In this document: positions 14,200 through 28,580 of the stretch, one piece after another
Position numbering within the stretch: position 1 is the stretch's first letter
Layout: each line of letters begins with the position of its first letter
Assembly (NCBI RefSeq): GCF_009914755.1
Contig: NC_060925.1
Origin: the human T2T-CHM13v2.0 reference genome, Homo sapiens
DNA length: 64,000 nt
Reading direction: 5' to 3' (one strand)
Program-made: the position numbers and the translations under genes
Notes under the pieces: generated by a model
What the model saw: the letters and a program-made list of their open reading frames with translations, nothing else
The model's database searches: none
Told to the model about the DNA's origin: nothing

Positions 14200-14570
14200 A
14201 GATATAAATATATTATTATTATACATAGAAATATAATTAATGTTTCATATAACATATATACATATATCATATGATATATATTATATACTACTATATATAG
14301 TGGTATAATGATAGGTATATATTATAGGTATATATTATTGTATATTATATATTATATAAAATGATATCTATGTAATGATAGATATATGTTATATACCACT
14401 CTATATATATACACACACACATACACACATAAAGAAAAGAGGCTTAATTGGCTCATGGTTCTGCAGACTTTACAGGAGGCATGGAATATATATATATATA
14501 CACACACATATATAGTGGTATATAATATATATTTATCATTACATATATATATCATACATATATATGTATC
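14200..14570. repeat. TA-rich low-complexity region with an imperfect inverted repeat around an MST fragment
   Basis: Arms 14361-14408 and 14508-14555 are near reverse complements; MST-like sequence lies at 14429-14484. Confidence 0.85.
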
Positions 14571-16634
14571 AGCAGTGGGAAAAAATCTCCAAAGAATGGC
14601 AATCTTTGGAAGCTAGTAATACCATTTTAAGTGGATAGTGATCTTAAAGTGAATGTGTAAGTGATATGCAAATAATTTATAAAATTAACCTACAGTCCTT
14701 TGGCCAAAGTGTGCCAGACTGAGCCAAGATCTTTCTTCTTATAGGTCCTTCTGTACCTGCAATTTCCTTGTGTTATGTAAATCACCAGAAAACCCTGGCT
14801 GTTCCTGGGCTTATGGATAAACAGGCATATAAAGAACTTGAAATATGTTCTGAGAATAATGAAAATGATAAGGTGGTGAAAAATATTCATAACAGTGAGA
14901 GGGTTTCCTTTGCAGCAGGGCCTTCAACATAGCACCTTCCTGTCTGACCTCCCTCCCTATCCCAGTAGCCATGACCAGGCACCCACCAGCTGGTTGTGAA
15001 CAATAATACCTCCCCTGTACAGTCCCACCTGGACTGGATACTAACCTCATCTCTATTGAGATGATACACAGTAGCCCTCTTCCCATCTCCCTTAGTCTGT
15101 GATCAGGAATGTGACATTTGCTTGAATGTCTGCATCTCAGTAGTTTTTCATCTTTTGTGTCATGGTTCCTGAACAGAATCTGGTAAAAGAGATTTATTTT
15201 ATATCAGAAAAATGCACATACCCCTCAAAGCTTTGCATATAATTTTGGGGGTTTATAGACTCCTTCAGTCCAGTCCATGGATTCTAAGCTTATAATCTCT
15301 GTACTACACTGTAAACTCTGTGAGGGCAGAGATTGTACCTTATATATATTTGTATTCCCAATGAACATGGCAATGCTTGGTAAATGCTTGATGAACTAAT
15401 AAAAATAAGAAATTTGAACAATTATTATATTTTCAAGAAAAATGAGGAAAGACCTGCTCTATTCATTACAAGAATGTCTATTGCATTTAGCTCTTATGGC
15501 TGCTGGTCTCGAGCGCCATTGAGTATACCAAAAGGGGAAATAGGATTACTTAGTAACTGGACATAATTGAGCTAGATACAAAGAAGGCCTTCCCAGTAGG
15601 AAGGTTAGGGGTTTCACATTAAGTGACTGTAAAAGAAAGGTGAACTTCCCGAGGTTGCCTTTAGAGTGGTGCTGTTCTCTGTGGTTGGGCAGAACTATAT
15701 CAAGGCAGGGGAGCCAGGCTGGTGAAGGGCTCTCCAGCCTCGAGATTCCAGTGGGTGTTGTTTCCACCACACGCAGGGTCTTTGAAAAACACCAAACTTC
15801 AAAATGAGCTCTTTGTTCCTAGAGTTCTAATCTGAGCCCAAACACCAGGTTAAATGGGACATCAAAGCAATGTCATACTACATGACCAGAGCCACACTGA
15901 GAGGCGTGGGAAGAAATCCACTTGGAGGAGGGTGAAGTGGGGACTGAATTTAGAGGAGAGTTTAAATGACATGAGAGATGGAAGTTTGGTCCCAAGCAAC
16001 CAAGTAAACAAGATAACAGGGAGAAAGAGGTATCTGCTGTAGTTAGGACTTGGTAGATTTCCAGTCACCTCTTATTCTCCAGCCCAGAGTTTATCCTCAG
16101 GGTTAGGGAGGAGCAGAAATCATCCAAAAGATCCAAGGGGTTTTGCCAACATTATTCAAGGCCTGAAGGTTTCCCAGCAGCTCTGCAGTTTAAAATCAAG
16201 TATGGGAATGCATCCAAAGACTACTGGAGTCTCAGAAGAAGCTGTTGGCAATTCTTTCTCTGTCTTCCTGCTCATTTCCTTCTCTAGTTCACCTTTTCTC
16301 TCTTCATCATCTCCCCATGTATTCCCCTTCCAACTAAATTTTTTTGCTCTTCTAGGTATTGTGGTGTATCAGAAACAAAATATCCCAGTGCTTCTGCCAG
16401 CAGGATGATTTTGGGCAACTCACTTCACTTCTCTTAACCTCATTTTGTCACTTGTTAAACAAGAGCATTTGACTGAATAATTTCTAAGTTGTGATGATAT
16501 ATAAATGGTTAATGCCTCTCCTCTCTTGCCTTCTTCTCCTATATTTTATCTCAATTTTTAGGCACTGGAGAGGGCATCTCTTAGAGCTAAAATATTTTTC
16601 ATGACTAGTAGGGCATCATATTAACAGTAATAGC

Positions 16635-17225
16635 TGTAACAGATTGTATTTTCCAGAGATGGCCATAACAATACACCCAACCCATATGCTCTTATACAAC
16701 ATGGCATTGACATACGTTCCATTAGGTAGTGAGATCTGTGTTCCTTCCCCTTGAACTTGGGAGGACTTTGTGACTCCTTTGACCAGAAGAATACACAGTA
16801 AGTGACCCTGGGCCAAATTCTGGGCCCAGGCCTCAGGAAACTCACAGCCTCTGATTCCTGACTTTTGGGACACTGATTTGTGGCAACTTTCTCCCATGCT
16901 GGGAGAAAGCCATGAAGCCATATGGAGAGGCTCCATATAGGTATTTGGGTCAATAGCCTCTGTGGAGCTCCCAGTCAACAGCCATCTTCAACCCCCAGAA
17001 CTGTGAAAGAAGCCCTCAAAGGATCCGAGCACACAGCCGTAGAGTCGCTCCTAGGCTCTAAGCCTAGGCCTTCCCAGCTGAGCCTTCTCTGTGGAGCAGA
17101 GATCAGCCTTCCCTATTATTCACTTTGCAAGTCCCTGATTCATAGACCTGAAAGCATAACTGAATGATTACTGCTTTATGTTATTAAGTTTGAGTGATTT
17201 GTTAGGAGAGCAAAGAGTAACAGGA
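16635..17225 (+). mobile_element. MLT1F/G-like MaLR LTR
   Basis: tgtaacagattgtattttccagagatggcc ... ttccccttgaacttggg ... aagtttgagtgatttgttaggagagcaaagagtaac. Confidence 0.7.
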
Positions 17226-17288
17226 GGAATAGCTAACCTTTATTGAGTGCTTACTGTGTGCTTAATACTGTTCTAAATGATTCGCATG

Positions 17289-17693
17289 TATAGTAGTCCT
17301 TTTTTGTTGTTATAAAGGAATGTCTGAGGTGGGGTAATTTATTTTAAAAAGAGTTCTATTTGACTCATGGTTCTGCAGGCTGTACAAGAAGCATGGCACC
17401 AGCATCTGCTTCTGATGTGGGCCAAAGGAGGCTTCCAATCATAGAGGAAGGTGAAGGGGGAGAAGGTGTGTCACATGGTGAGAAGGGGAGCAAGAGAGAT
17501 ACCAGGCTCTTTTAAACAACTGGTTCTTGTGTGAACTCACAGATCAAGAACTCACTCATCACCAAGTTGGTGGCACCAAGCCATTCATGAGGAACCCAAC
17601 CCCATGACCAAAACACCTCCCACTAGGCCTCGCCTTCAACAATGTGGGTCACATTTCAACATGACATAGTTTAGAAACATGCAAACTATGTCA
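17289..17693 (-). mobile_element. MST-family MaLR solo LTR with TSD GCATG, inserted in a MIR
   Basis: ctcatggttctgcaggctgtacaagaagcatggcaccagcatctgc; GCATG at 17284-17288 and 17694-17698; MIR-like flanks at 17230-17285 and 17700-17870. Confidence 0.85.
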
Positions 17694-18289
17694 GCATGCT
17701 CATTTAACATTCAGAATAATTTTATGAGATACTATTGGTCTCATCATTTGCTGAGGGGAAACTGAGGCACAGGGAAGTTAAATAGTTTATTCATATTTAC
17801 ACATTTGGTAATCCAACAGAGGTAGTCTGGACTTGGGGTCCTGCATACTTAACCAGTATGCTATAATGCTACTCGAAAATAAGACTTTTGAGAAGATACA
17901 TTTTTAATTTTTTTATTTTTAATTGACCAATAATTATTTATTGAAATATACACTATTAATCATAATTATCATCACCAATAGATCACCAGAACTTATTCCT
18001 CCTACCTAGCTGAAATTTTGTACTCATTGACCCACATTTCCCCTTTCCCTGTCTACTCCCACACTCCCACCAGGCTCTGGTTACCAGTATTTTACTCTCT
18101 ACTTCTATGTATTCAGTCTTTTTAGATTCCACATATAAGTGAGATCATGCAATACTTGTCTGTCTGTGCCTGGCTTATTTCACTTAGCATAATGTCTTCT
18201 AGGTTCATCCGTGTTGTTGCAAATGCAAATGACAGGATTTCCTGCTTCTTAAGGCCCAATAGTATTTCATTATGTATTTATAGCACACA

Positions 18290-18581
<292 letters not shown>

Positions 18582-21521
18582 GTATAGCACACTTTTTAAA
18601 TCCATTCATCTGTTGTGGGCACTTTTGTTGTTCCCGTATCGTGGCTATTGTGAGTAATGCTGCAATAAACATGAGAGTGCAGGCATCTCTTCAACATACT
18701 GATTTCAGTTCCTTTGGGTATATGCTCTAGAAGTGAAATTGCTGGATCATTGGGTAATTCTATTTTTAGTTTTTTGAGGAAACTCCATACTGTTTTCCAA
18801 AATGGCTGCACTAATTTACATTTCCACCAACAGTGTACAAGGATTCTCTTGTCTTCACATCCTTGCCAATACTTATCTTTTATCTTTTTAATGATACTCA
18901 TAGCCAATCAAACAGGTGTGAGGTGATCTCTCATTGTGGTTTTAATTTGCATTTCTCTGATAATTTGAGTTGTTAAGTAGTTTTTCATATATCTATTCAG
19001 GTCCTTTGCCTCTTTTAAAATAGGGTTGTTTTCCTGTTATTGAATAATTTGAGTTCCTTGTATATTTTGGATATTAGCCCTTTATCTGATGTATGATTTG
19101 CAGATATCTTCTCCCAATCTGTGTGTTGTCTCTTCACTCTATTAATTCTTTCTTCTGCTGTGCAGAAATTTAATAGTTTGATATAATCCCAATTATCTAT
19201 TTTTGCTTTTATTGTCTGTACTTCAGGGTTTTATCCAAAAAATCACTATCTAGACCAATGTCATGGAGCTTTTCCCTTATGTTTTCTCCTAGTAGTTTAA
19301 TTTCAGGTCATACATTTAACTCTTTAATCCATTTTGAGTTGTTTCTTGTATAAAGGGTGAGATAAGGGTCCATTTTCAGTCTTCCACATGTGGATTTCCA
19401 GTTTTCCCAATACCATTTATTGAAGAGACAGACTTTTCCTCATTGTGTGATCATATGGCTCTTATTCTTCATTCTCTTTATGTGGTATATTATATTAATT
19501 GATTTGCATATGTTGAACCATCCATCCTTGAATCCCACTTGATTATGGTGAATGGTCCTCTTAATATGTCATTGAATTCAGCTTGCTAGTATTTTGTTGA
19601 GGATTTTTGCATGCATATTAATCAGAGATATTGGACTGTACTCTTCTTACCTCATAGTGTCTTTGCCTGGCTTTGGTATTGGGGTAACGCTGACTTCATA
19701 AAACTGTAGTAATAAATATTCCTTTCTCTTTGGTCTTTTGAAAGAGTTTGAGATGAATTGGCTTTAATTCTTCAAATGTTTGATAGAACTTGCCAAAGAA
19801 GTCATTTGGTCTTGGGCTTTTCCATCTTGGGAGGTTTTTTATTAATGATTCAAACTCTGTTCAGACTTTCTGTTTCTTCATGATTAAGTCTTATTAGGTT
19901 GTATGATTCTAGGAATTTATCCATTTCTTTTAGGTTAACAAGTTCATTGATATATAATTGCTCATAGTAGAATATTATGATCCTTTTTATTTCTGTGGCT
20001 TTCATTGTAATGCCTTCTCTTTCATTACTTATTTTATTTATTGAGTCACCTCACTTTTTCTTAGTTAGTCTAGCTATAGGTTTGTTAATGTTTTTAACTT
20101 TTCAAAAATCTAACTGTTTGTTTCATTGTTTCTTTTTCTGTTTTTCTGTTTTCTATTTTGTTTACTTCTATTCTAATCTTTATTATTTACTTCTTTCTGT
20201 TAACTTTTGGTTTAGTTTGTTCTTTTTCTAATTCCTTATGGTAAAAAGTTAAGTTGTTTTTTGGAGATCCTTCTCTTTTAATGTAGGCATTTGTCACTGT
20301 AAAATTTCCTTGTAGTACTGCTTTTGCTGTATCCCATAAGTTATTGTATATTGTATGCTTATTTTCATTTGTCTCAAGGTATTTTCTGATTTCCCTTTGA
20401 TTTCTTCTTTGACATATTGGTTATTTTAAAAACTGTTGTTTCATTTCCACATTTTTGTGATTTTTTTTTCAATTTTTCTTCAGCTATTGATTTCTAGTTT
20501 CATTTCATTGTGGTTGGAAAATATACTTTGTGTGACTTGAAGTTTCTTAAATTTGTTAAGACTTGTTTTATGACCTAGCTTGATCTATCTTGGAGAATTT
20601 TCTGTGTGCACTTTAGAAAAATGTATATTCTACATTGTTGGGTTAAATGGTCCATAAATATCTATTAGGTCCACTTTTGTCTACTGTGTTGTTCAATCAT
20701 TGTTCCTTTGTTGCTTTTCTGTCTGCTTGTTCTATTTATTATTGAAAGTGGGGTATTAAAGTCTCTTAATATCATTGTATTGCTGTCTATTTTACCCTTC
20801 AGGTCTGTCAGTGTTTGCTTTATCTATTTAGGTGCTCTGATTTTGTAGCATATATATTTATAATTGTTATACCTTTCCGGTGGATTAATTCTTTTATTAC
20901 TACATAATATTCTCTTTTTCTCTTGTGACAGTTTTTTACTTAAAGTCTGTCTTTTCTTAAATAAGTAAGGCCATCCCTGTTCTTTTTTGGTTATCATTCA
21001 CATTGGAATAACTTTTTCCATCCCTTTACTTTCAGTGTATGTGTGTCCTTAAATCTAAAGTGAGTCTCTTATAGACAACACATAGTTGATTTTGGTTTTT
21101 GTTAATCTATTTAGCCACTCTCTGTCTTTTGGTTGGGGAGTTTAATCCATCTACATCTAAAGCAATTATTGATATGGTTAGTTTTATGATTGCTGTTTTG
21201 CTTATTATTTTCTATTTGTCTTGTAGTTCTTTTGCCTCTCTTTTCTTCTTGCCATTTTTCTTTGTGTTTTATTGATGTTTTTGTATTGATATACTTTGAT
21301 TCTGTTATCATTTACTTTTCTGTAACTTCTACAGATATTTTCTTTGTGGTTACTATGGGGCTTACCTAAAATATCTTATAATAGTCTATTTGAAGTTTAT
21401 AACATGTAAACTTCAATTACATACAAACACTTGACACTTTTACTCCGTCTCTATGCTTTATGTTACTGATGCAGTCATTTATAGCTACTTATATTGTGTA
21501 TCTATTCACATATTTTTAAGT

Positions 21522-22150
21522 TATAGTATAGTATATATTATATAGTATATATAATAGTATATATTATATAGTATACATAATAGTATATATTATATAGTAT
21601 ACATAATAGTATATATTATATAGTATACATAATAGTATATATTATAATATATATAATTGTATATATCATATAGTATACATTATAGTATATATCATATAGT
21701 ATACATTATAGTATATATCATATAGTATACATTATATAGTATATATCATATAGTATACATTATAGTATATATCATATAGTATACGTTATAGTATATATCA
21801 TATAGTATACGTAATAGTATATATCATATAGTATACGTAATAGTATATATCATATAGTATACGTAATAGTATATATCATATAGTATACGTAATAGTATAT
21901 ATCATATAGTATACGTAATAGTATATATTATATAGTATATATCATATAGTATATATAATAGTATATATCATATAGTATATATAATAGTATATATCATATA
22001 GTATATATAATAGTATATATCATATAGTATATATAATAGTATATATCATATAGTATATATAATAGTATATATTATATAGTATATATACTATACTATATTA
22101 TATATAGTATACATAATATAGTTATATATTATATAATATAGTATATATTT
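21522..22150. repeat. AT-rich minisatellite, ~26-bp unit (TAGTATATATCATATAGTATACGTAA and variants)
   Basis: More than 20 tandem units read directly. Confidence 0.95.
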
Positions 22151-24439
22151 TTCTTTTAAATTATATTTTAGAATTAAAAGTGATTTATCCACCACCATTA
22201 CAGTAATATAGTATTTTATTTGTGTATGTATTTGCGTTTACCAATGAGTTTTACACTTTCTTATGTTATTGTGTTTCTGTTTAGCATTCTTTCAAGTCAA
22301 AGAACTCCATCTAGCATTTCTTATAAGGCAAATCTAGTAATAACAAATTCCCTCAACCTTTGTTTATCTGAGAAAGTCTTTACCTAGTCTTCATTTTTGA
22401 AGGATAGTTTTGCCATTATAGTATTTTTTGATAGGAATTTTAATCTTTCAGCATTTTTAATGTCATTTCATGCCCTTCTGACCTGCAAGGTTTCTGCTGC
22501 AAAAATTTACTGATAGTCTTGTAAGGGTTCCCTTGTGTGCGACAAATCACTTTTCTCCTGCTGCTTTCAAAATTCTTTCTTAGTCTTTGATTTATGTCAA
22601 TTTGAATACCTTAGTGTGGATGGTTTTTTCTTCTTAATTTTTCCTTATGTGTAATCAAAATGTATCAGTGTGGATTTCTTTGGGTTCCTTGATCTGGATA
22701 TTCATTTCCTTCCTCAGATTTGGAATGTTTTCAGCTACTATTTCTTTGAATAAGCTCTTGGGTGTTTTCTCTCTTTCTTCTGAGATTCCCATAATGTGTA
22801 TTTGGTCTGCTTGATGGTGCCCCATAAATCCCTTAAGCTATCTTCACTGTTTTGATTCTTTTTTTCTTTTTGCCCCTCTGAGTGGATAATTTCAACTGAC
22901 CTGTTTGCTGATTCCTTTTTCTGCTTGCTCTTGTCTGCTGTTGAGTCCCTCTTTTGAATATTTCAGTTCAGTTATTATGTTATTCAGCTCCAATATTTCT
23001 GCCTGATTATTTTAAAATTTTTCCATCACTTTATTTTAAATTCTGTCTTTGTGCTTTGTTCTCCTGAGCTCATTGAGCATTTTTATTATGGTTATTTTGA
23101 ATTCTCTGTCAGGTAATTTATATATCTCCATTTCATTAGGTTTTGCAGTTTTATCTTGCTCATTTGTTTGGATTGTGCTTCCTTGTTTCTTTATTTTCCT
23201 TAATTTTTTGTGTTGAAACTACACATTAAAGAAAAAAAACCTGCCACCTCTTACAGTCTTTACAAATTGACCTTATTTGGAGAACACGTTCTCCAGTCAA
23301 CCTGGCCACAGCTTCTATGGGCCTCTCAAATTTTCATGCTAGTCCAAACTGACATCTTTTTTCTTAGCAGTGGCTAAGAAAACACACTCTGTGTGTACAG
23401 AGTGCCAAGTCCCATCAGCACTCTGAGACAGGTGGGACAAAAACCAATCCTTTGGCTAGGCCCTTAAAAAGTTGGAATGCTGGATGCATAGTCTAACTCT
23501 TTCTCTCCCCAGGAAGAAGATGTGAGGTTGTGTTCTAATTTGCTTTCTCTGTGCTGTGAGGAGGAGCTGCAGTGAATGCCTACACACTTGTTCAAACCTC
23601 CACTTTGTTCCTCATAGTGCCCAAGAGTCTAGCATATACTAGGACTCATCAGCATTCTGAAACAGGCAAGATAAAATCCAATTCCTTTGGTAGCACCAGA
23701 AAAAAATTGGATGCTAAATACGTGGTGCATCTCCTTTGCTGCTCAGGGAAGAGCTGGGAACTAGAGGTTCCCTCCAGATCATATGGAACTGTGATGGAGA
23801 TAGGGATTTGGCAACAAGGTGTCTCCACTTTTCCTATCAGTTTTATTGTGACTGATTTTTCACTTGCCCAGAGTACAGTAGCCTCTCAACTAGTTTTTAG
23901 ATTTCCTTAAAGGGAATTGATCCTTGTGTTGCTGTTGAATTGGTGTGTCTGTGGGAGGAAGAAGAGTCAAGGGCTTTCTATTCTTCCATCTTGTTGAAAT
24001 CTCCATTTCTTTTCTTGTAGATGAAGTGAGGAGACCCAAAGAGGTTATATGAGTTTTTAATATACATACAGCTGGTTGGGGGAAGATTGAGATTTGAACC
24101 CAGGCCCATAAAAGTCTAAAGACTGCACGTATCCTGTTAAAGTACCCACCTTCTCACTAGGCCATGTGGACAATAAGAACCGGAAAGATGAAGAAACATG
24201 AAAGTAATATAAATATTTTTTTCCTTATTATACAAAGGTCCCAATAACATAATAAAACTTAATATCAGACTGTAAGCTCACCCCATGAAAGGATGAAATT
24301 GTGCTTTACTTTTGATTCCTCATTACTTAACACAATATCTGGTATATCATAGGTGCTTTATAAATGTTTGTTTAATATATGAATATGACATTTTATAGTT
24401 GTTATATATTAATGTGGTTTCTTATTATTCAGGTAAACA

Positions 24440-25300
24440 AATATTCATTTATTCAGCATGTATTTAGCATATGCTATGTGCCACATAATAGTTTACCTTG
24501 TAGGATTATAGTTTTTAAGGAGGAAAACCAAGTTCCTGCTCTTATAGAACTTAAATTTTAGTGGGCAGATAAAAAAAAACTGTGTGCGTGCGTGTGTGTG
24601 TGTGTGCACGTGTCCCTGTGTGTTATATCCACAAATATATACATATATAGAGATAGATTGGAAGATAGACATTTAAGTTGAAGGCTGAATAAATAGGAGA
24701 TGGCTATGTCAAATCCAGAAGGAAAAGCTTTCTAGGCAAGATTGTATGAAGGTGTGCTTGAGGAACAGTAAGAAAGCCAGTAGGCTTTTGAAAATGGAAA
24801 TAAGCCCAGTATGTTTGAGGAAGAGTAAGAAAGCAAGCAGGCTAGAAAGAAGGATGAGAAGAGTGGCATGAGGGGTCAGAGTGATAGTAGGGGCCAGATC
24901 ATGCAGGGGCTGGATTTTATTCTGTGGATGATGTGAAACCATTGGGTGGTTTCAAGCAGGAAGAGATGTGATCTAAATTACATTTTTAAAAGATGACTAG
25001 ATACTGTGTGAAGAATAGACTGAAGGAAATAAAGTGGATCAGGAAGAACTGTTTAGAAGTCATCACAGAAACCCAGGCAAGAAGATGATAGTGGTGGTTT
25101 AGACTAGGGTGATGGCAGCATCTGATATAGAGAAATGGAAAAATGTTAGATATTTTCAGGAGGCAGAGTCAATATGATTTCCTGTCATATTGGTTATGAG
25201 GGATGAAGGAGTCAAAGGAATCCTGGAAGGCTTCTAGTTTTGGGTGAAGCACTTGGGGGGACGATAGTGCTATTCGATGAGGTGGAGAAGATGGTAGATG
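24440..25300 (-). mobile_element. L2 fragments with an internal (TG)n at about 24581-24622
   Basis: attcatttattcagcatgtatttagcat...; gggccagatcatgcagggg...; ggtttcaagcaggaagagatgtgatc. Confidence 0.65.
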
Positions 25301-26004
25301 TCACCAGAGACTGAATGTGTACATAATGACAATGGTTGCCATTTTCCTAGAATGGGGTCATGTATGAGTACCCATATTTTATTAATGACCTTAGTGAGGC
25401 TAAGAGACATTAAAGAATGTGCCCAAAACCATTCAGCTAAGAAGAGGAGGAGCCTGGATCAGAATGCAGATTGTCCAACTAAAAAGATCTTCTATCATTA
25501 ACCACACAGACTCCCAGCATGAACCAGTTTTTCCCCAAGGCCTTCATCCTGTGTACATATTTTTCCTGGATTTTTCTGCCCCCTGCTCAATGTAGTTAAG
25601 AAAGGGATTACTATTCAGGAAGCTGCCATGTTCAATTAAACTCAACAAAATCTATTGGACACAATGTAATCTATTGATTACGTTGATTCTGTGGAAGGTC
25701 TCTGTGGGGAATATTAAAAATAGGAAATAGGCACTGCCCTCAAGACACTGTGGAAGTGAATGACTCTTTAAAAAAATTTTCTGAGCAGAGGAGTAAAATG
25801 CTTTAAGAGGCAGAGGAGGGAGGAAAATTCTGATAGGAGGTGGGGCTGGCAGGGATTGGGGAAGACCTGTGGGAGGCAGTAGCATTTGAGCTGGCTCCTG
25901 AAGGCAGGGTGGTAGTTGCAGGAGAAGTGGCATTTCAAACCAAAGCGATAGCTTGAGCAAGAGCAAAGAGGGATCTGCAGGTATCTGGAACACAGGAGAG
26001 GTAA

Positions 26005-26235
26005 GGAGTAGTGGTTAGAGCATGAACACTGCCACAAGAATACTGCAGTTTTAGGTTCTACCGTTGACCTCTTGTGTGACCTTGGGCAAGTTATTTACTG
26101 TTGCTGGGCCTCAGTTTCTTATTCTGTAAAATGGTGATAATAGCATCTACTTCCTAGGGCTCTTATGAGATATAAATGAGTTAATGAATTTGAAGTGCTG
26201 AACACAGTTCTTAGCTTACAGAAAGTACCATAGGT
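26005..26235 (+). mobile_element. MIR SINE
   Basis: tgtgtgaccttgggcaagttattt...gggcctcagtttcttattctgtaaaatgg. Confidence 0.8.
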
Positions 26236-28188
26236 CACCTGTGGGTAAATGTAGGGGAAAGAAAGCCAGAAAGTTGGAAGCAAGTCTTGGAAGGCCTTGA
26301 ATGCCATATTGAAGATTTTCAACTTTGTTCTGCAGGCCACAGGGACCCATCAAAGGGTTACTGAACAGGCAGTAACAAGAGAAATACCTCCAAACACGGT
26401 ATATGTAGAGAGATAGGGAGCAATTGACCAGTTAGAAGGTTGTCAAATTTCCTTACTAAGGTGCATGTAAATTTTTCTGAGAGCCTGTGAATGTACCTTA
26501 TACTTTCATTCATTCACAAATGTTATAATTTAAATCAAAATGAATCAAAGGCTGATTTAGCATGTTGCAAAGAGGCTATGACTAGATGTAGTTACTGAGG
26601 AAAATATTTTAATTTTTCCTAAAATGATTCAGCAGTGGAAATTCATATAATGTAGAAATGTCACACTAGCTAAGACTAAAGGCTCATCAGGTAAGATAAA
26701 TTTCTGTGCAAATATTTTTCCAAAGTGGAGGTAAGGAAAGAGTTTACTCTCTTTTTTAGAAATGAGGGCAGGAATAGTATCAACATGAGCAAAGGGGAAA
26801 CAACCTTCCTTTGTTTTTTTTTAAATAATCAGGTTGACCCAGAAGCAACCCTCAACCATACAACATTTTTCTCCCAGGCTGCTACTAAAGGGAGATAAAA
26901 ACAGAGAAGAGCAAAGTGACCAGCACACTTTCTTTTGAGATTGAAAAAATTTGTGTGTTTGTTTGTTTTACCACAGCTCTTCTCTTAGCGAATTGTTTTT
27001 CTTTTTAATGTGAATTAGTGACGTTATTTCCTCATAAATGTTTTATAAGCAACTTAACAGTAACTCATAAGAAAATTGCTTTAGCAAAAATAGAGGAAAC
27101 TGATTGAAGAAAACAAGACTTGCTGTCTGCAAAGAAATACCTAAAACAACTTTTTTGAGCATCCATAGAAGTAAGGATGCTGAGTTTCAGAGCCCAGAGC
27201 ATCATTAAAACTGAGAAAGTTGTTGGCCAGAGGAAAGAATTACCTGCTAAGGTGTGTATCTGTTTGACCTGATGGCTGCAATTGAACTTAATATAGTACC
27301 TGAGTGAGCATTTATTTCATTATTGTAGCTATTGGCAAATGTACTTTTTTTAAAAGCAAGCATTTACTGTCTTATTTTAATGTGGCTCTTTACAATATAG
27401 TCTCCCAGACTGAAGAAAAGTAATCTGTGGCTTGATATGTTGGACTGTGACCTAACTTTGGGCAAAAAACAAATCTTATTACCTCATACAATTCTGGCAA
27501 TGATTTCTTGGTTTAAGTTCAAAACATGCAAACTGTCTCAAGAGAATTAGATGTTAGCAATTGTATTGGGGTATGAAGTATCTGATTTGTAAGGCTGTAT
27601 ATTTTACAACCACTAGATACTGGTTGAAATCATTGTGACTTTTTTATTGCTTTGATAAATGATGGCCTTTTAAGGGTGGTGACTTTCTTGCAATCTGCTT
27701 TTGTAAGCTCATACCTACACTTTTTTAAAAAAAAACATTTTTATGTTTATTTGTCCTGTTGTTATCATAGTAAGTTAATAGCCTTTGCTTTACCACTTCA
27801 TTTTTGTTGTCTATGATCATAAAAAGCCTGACGGATCAATATGAGGCTTTTAATGTACTTTTTCTGCCTTTTTCATTAAAGGTTTGTAGCCAGAGTATTA
27901 AAATGCAGTTGAGACATAATCTCTTTTGAGCTTGGTTCCCATAAAGTGCTTCCCAGGGAGAGAGAGGGTCGCTGGCAGTAAGGGTCTACACATGCTAGCT
28001 TTCATAATACAAAGAAGGGGAGCTTCCGCTCCAGCAGTTTTATGAAATTTTTTTCTCAAGGATTAGAGAATGTTGAGCAGATGTTTACTGCATCCTCCAC
28101 TGTGCATTCTAAAGCATTGTCCTTATTTGAATGTTTAGTTCTCATTGAAAGGCATGGCTCATATTGCTGAGTTTATTCAAGGGCACAT

Positions 28189-28580
28189 CTGTGGTGTGCT
28201 GGCAAATGATGAATAACAGGCTCTGGGGGCAGAGGATAGCCCTGATTTGTAGTGTTTGCTGAGTTCTAAGGTGTAAATACTCCCACCAAGGCCAATTTCA
28301 AGCTACCAAATGACTCATTGAACACAGAGTTAGGAAGAGATGCACAGTAGCACATCATTATGCAGTAGTTTCATCGTGCAAATACAATACATAGAAGTAA
28401 CTTTATAAGTGTTGATAATAGCAACATGTAGTAATTAGGAAGTAATGGTTTTGAGTTTTTCTTGTCTTTGGTTTTCATAGAATTGGTTCGTAAGTTTATA
28501 TCATTTAAGAATTGAGCAACTGCCTTGACAAATTCTTGGAAACTTAACAATTGGGTCTGACCAACCAATCCCAGCAGGCT
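28189..28580. mobile_element. MER63-like hAT non-autonomous DNA transposon
   Basis: gtggtgtgctggcaaatg...gccctgatttgtagtgtttgc...gtgtaaatactcccacc...tttcaagctacc matches recalled MER63 consensus. Confidence 0.75.

Noticed and set aside
21522-22150. CRISPR-like periodicity
   Set aside because: Head-to-tail tandem units with no unique spacers, in a primate genome.
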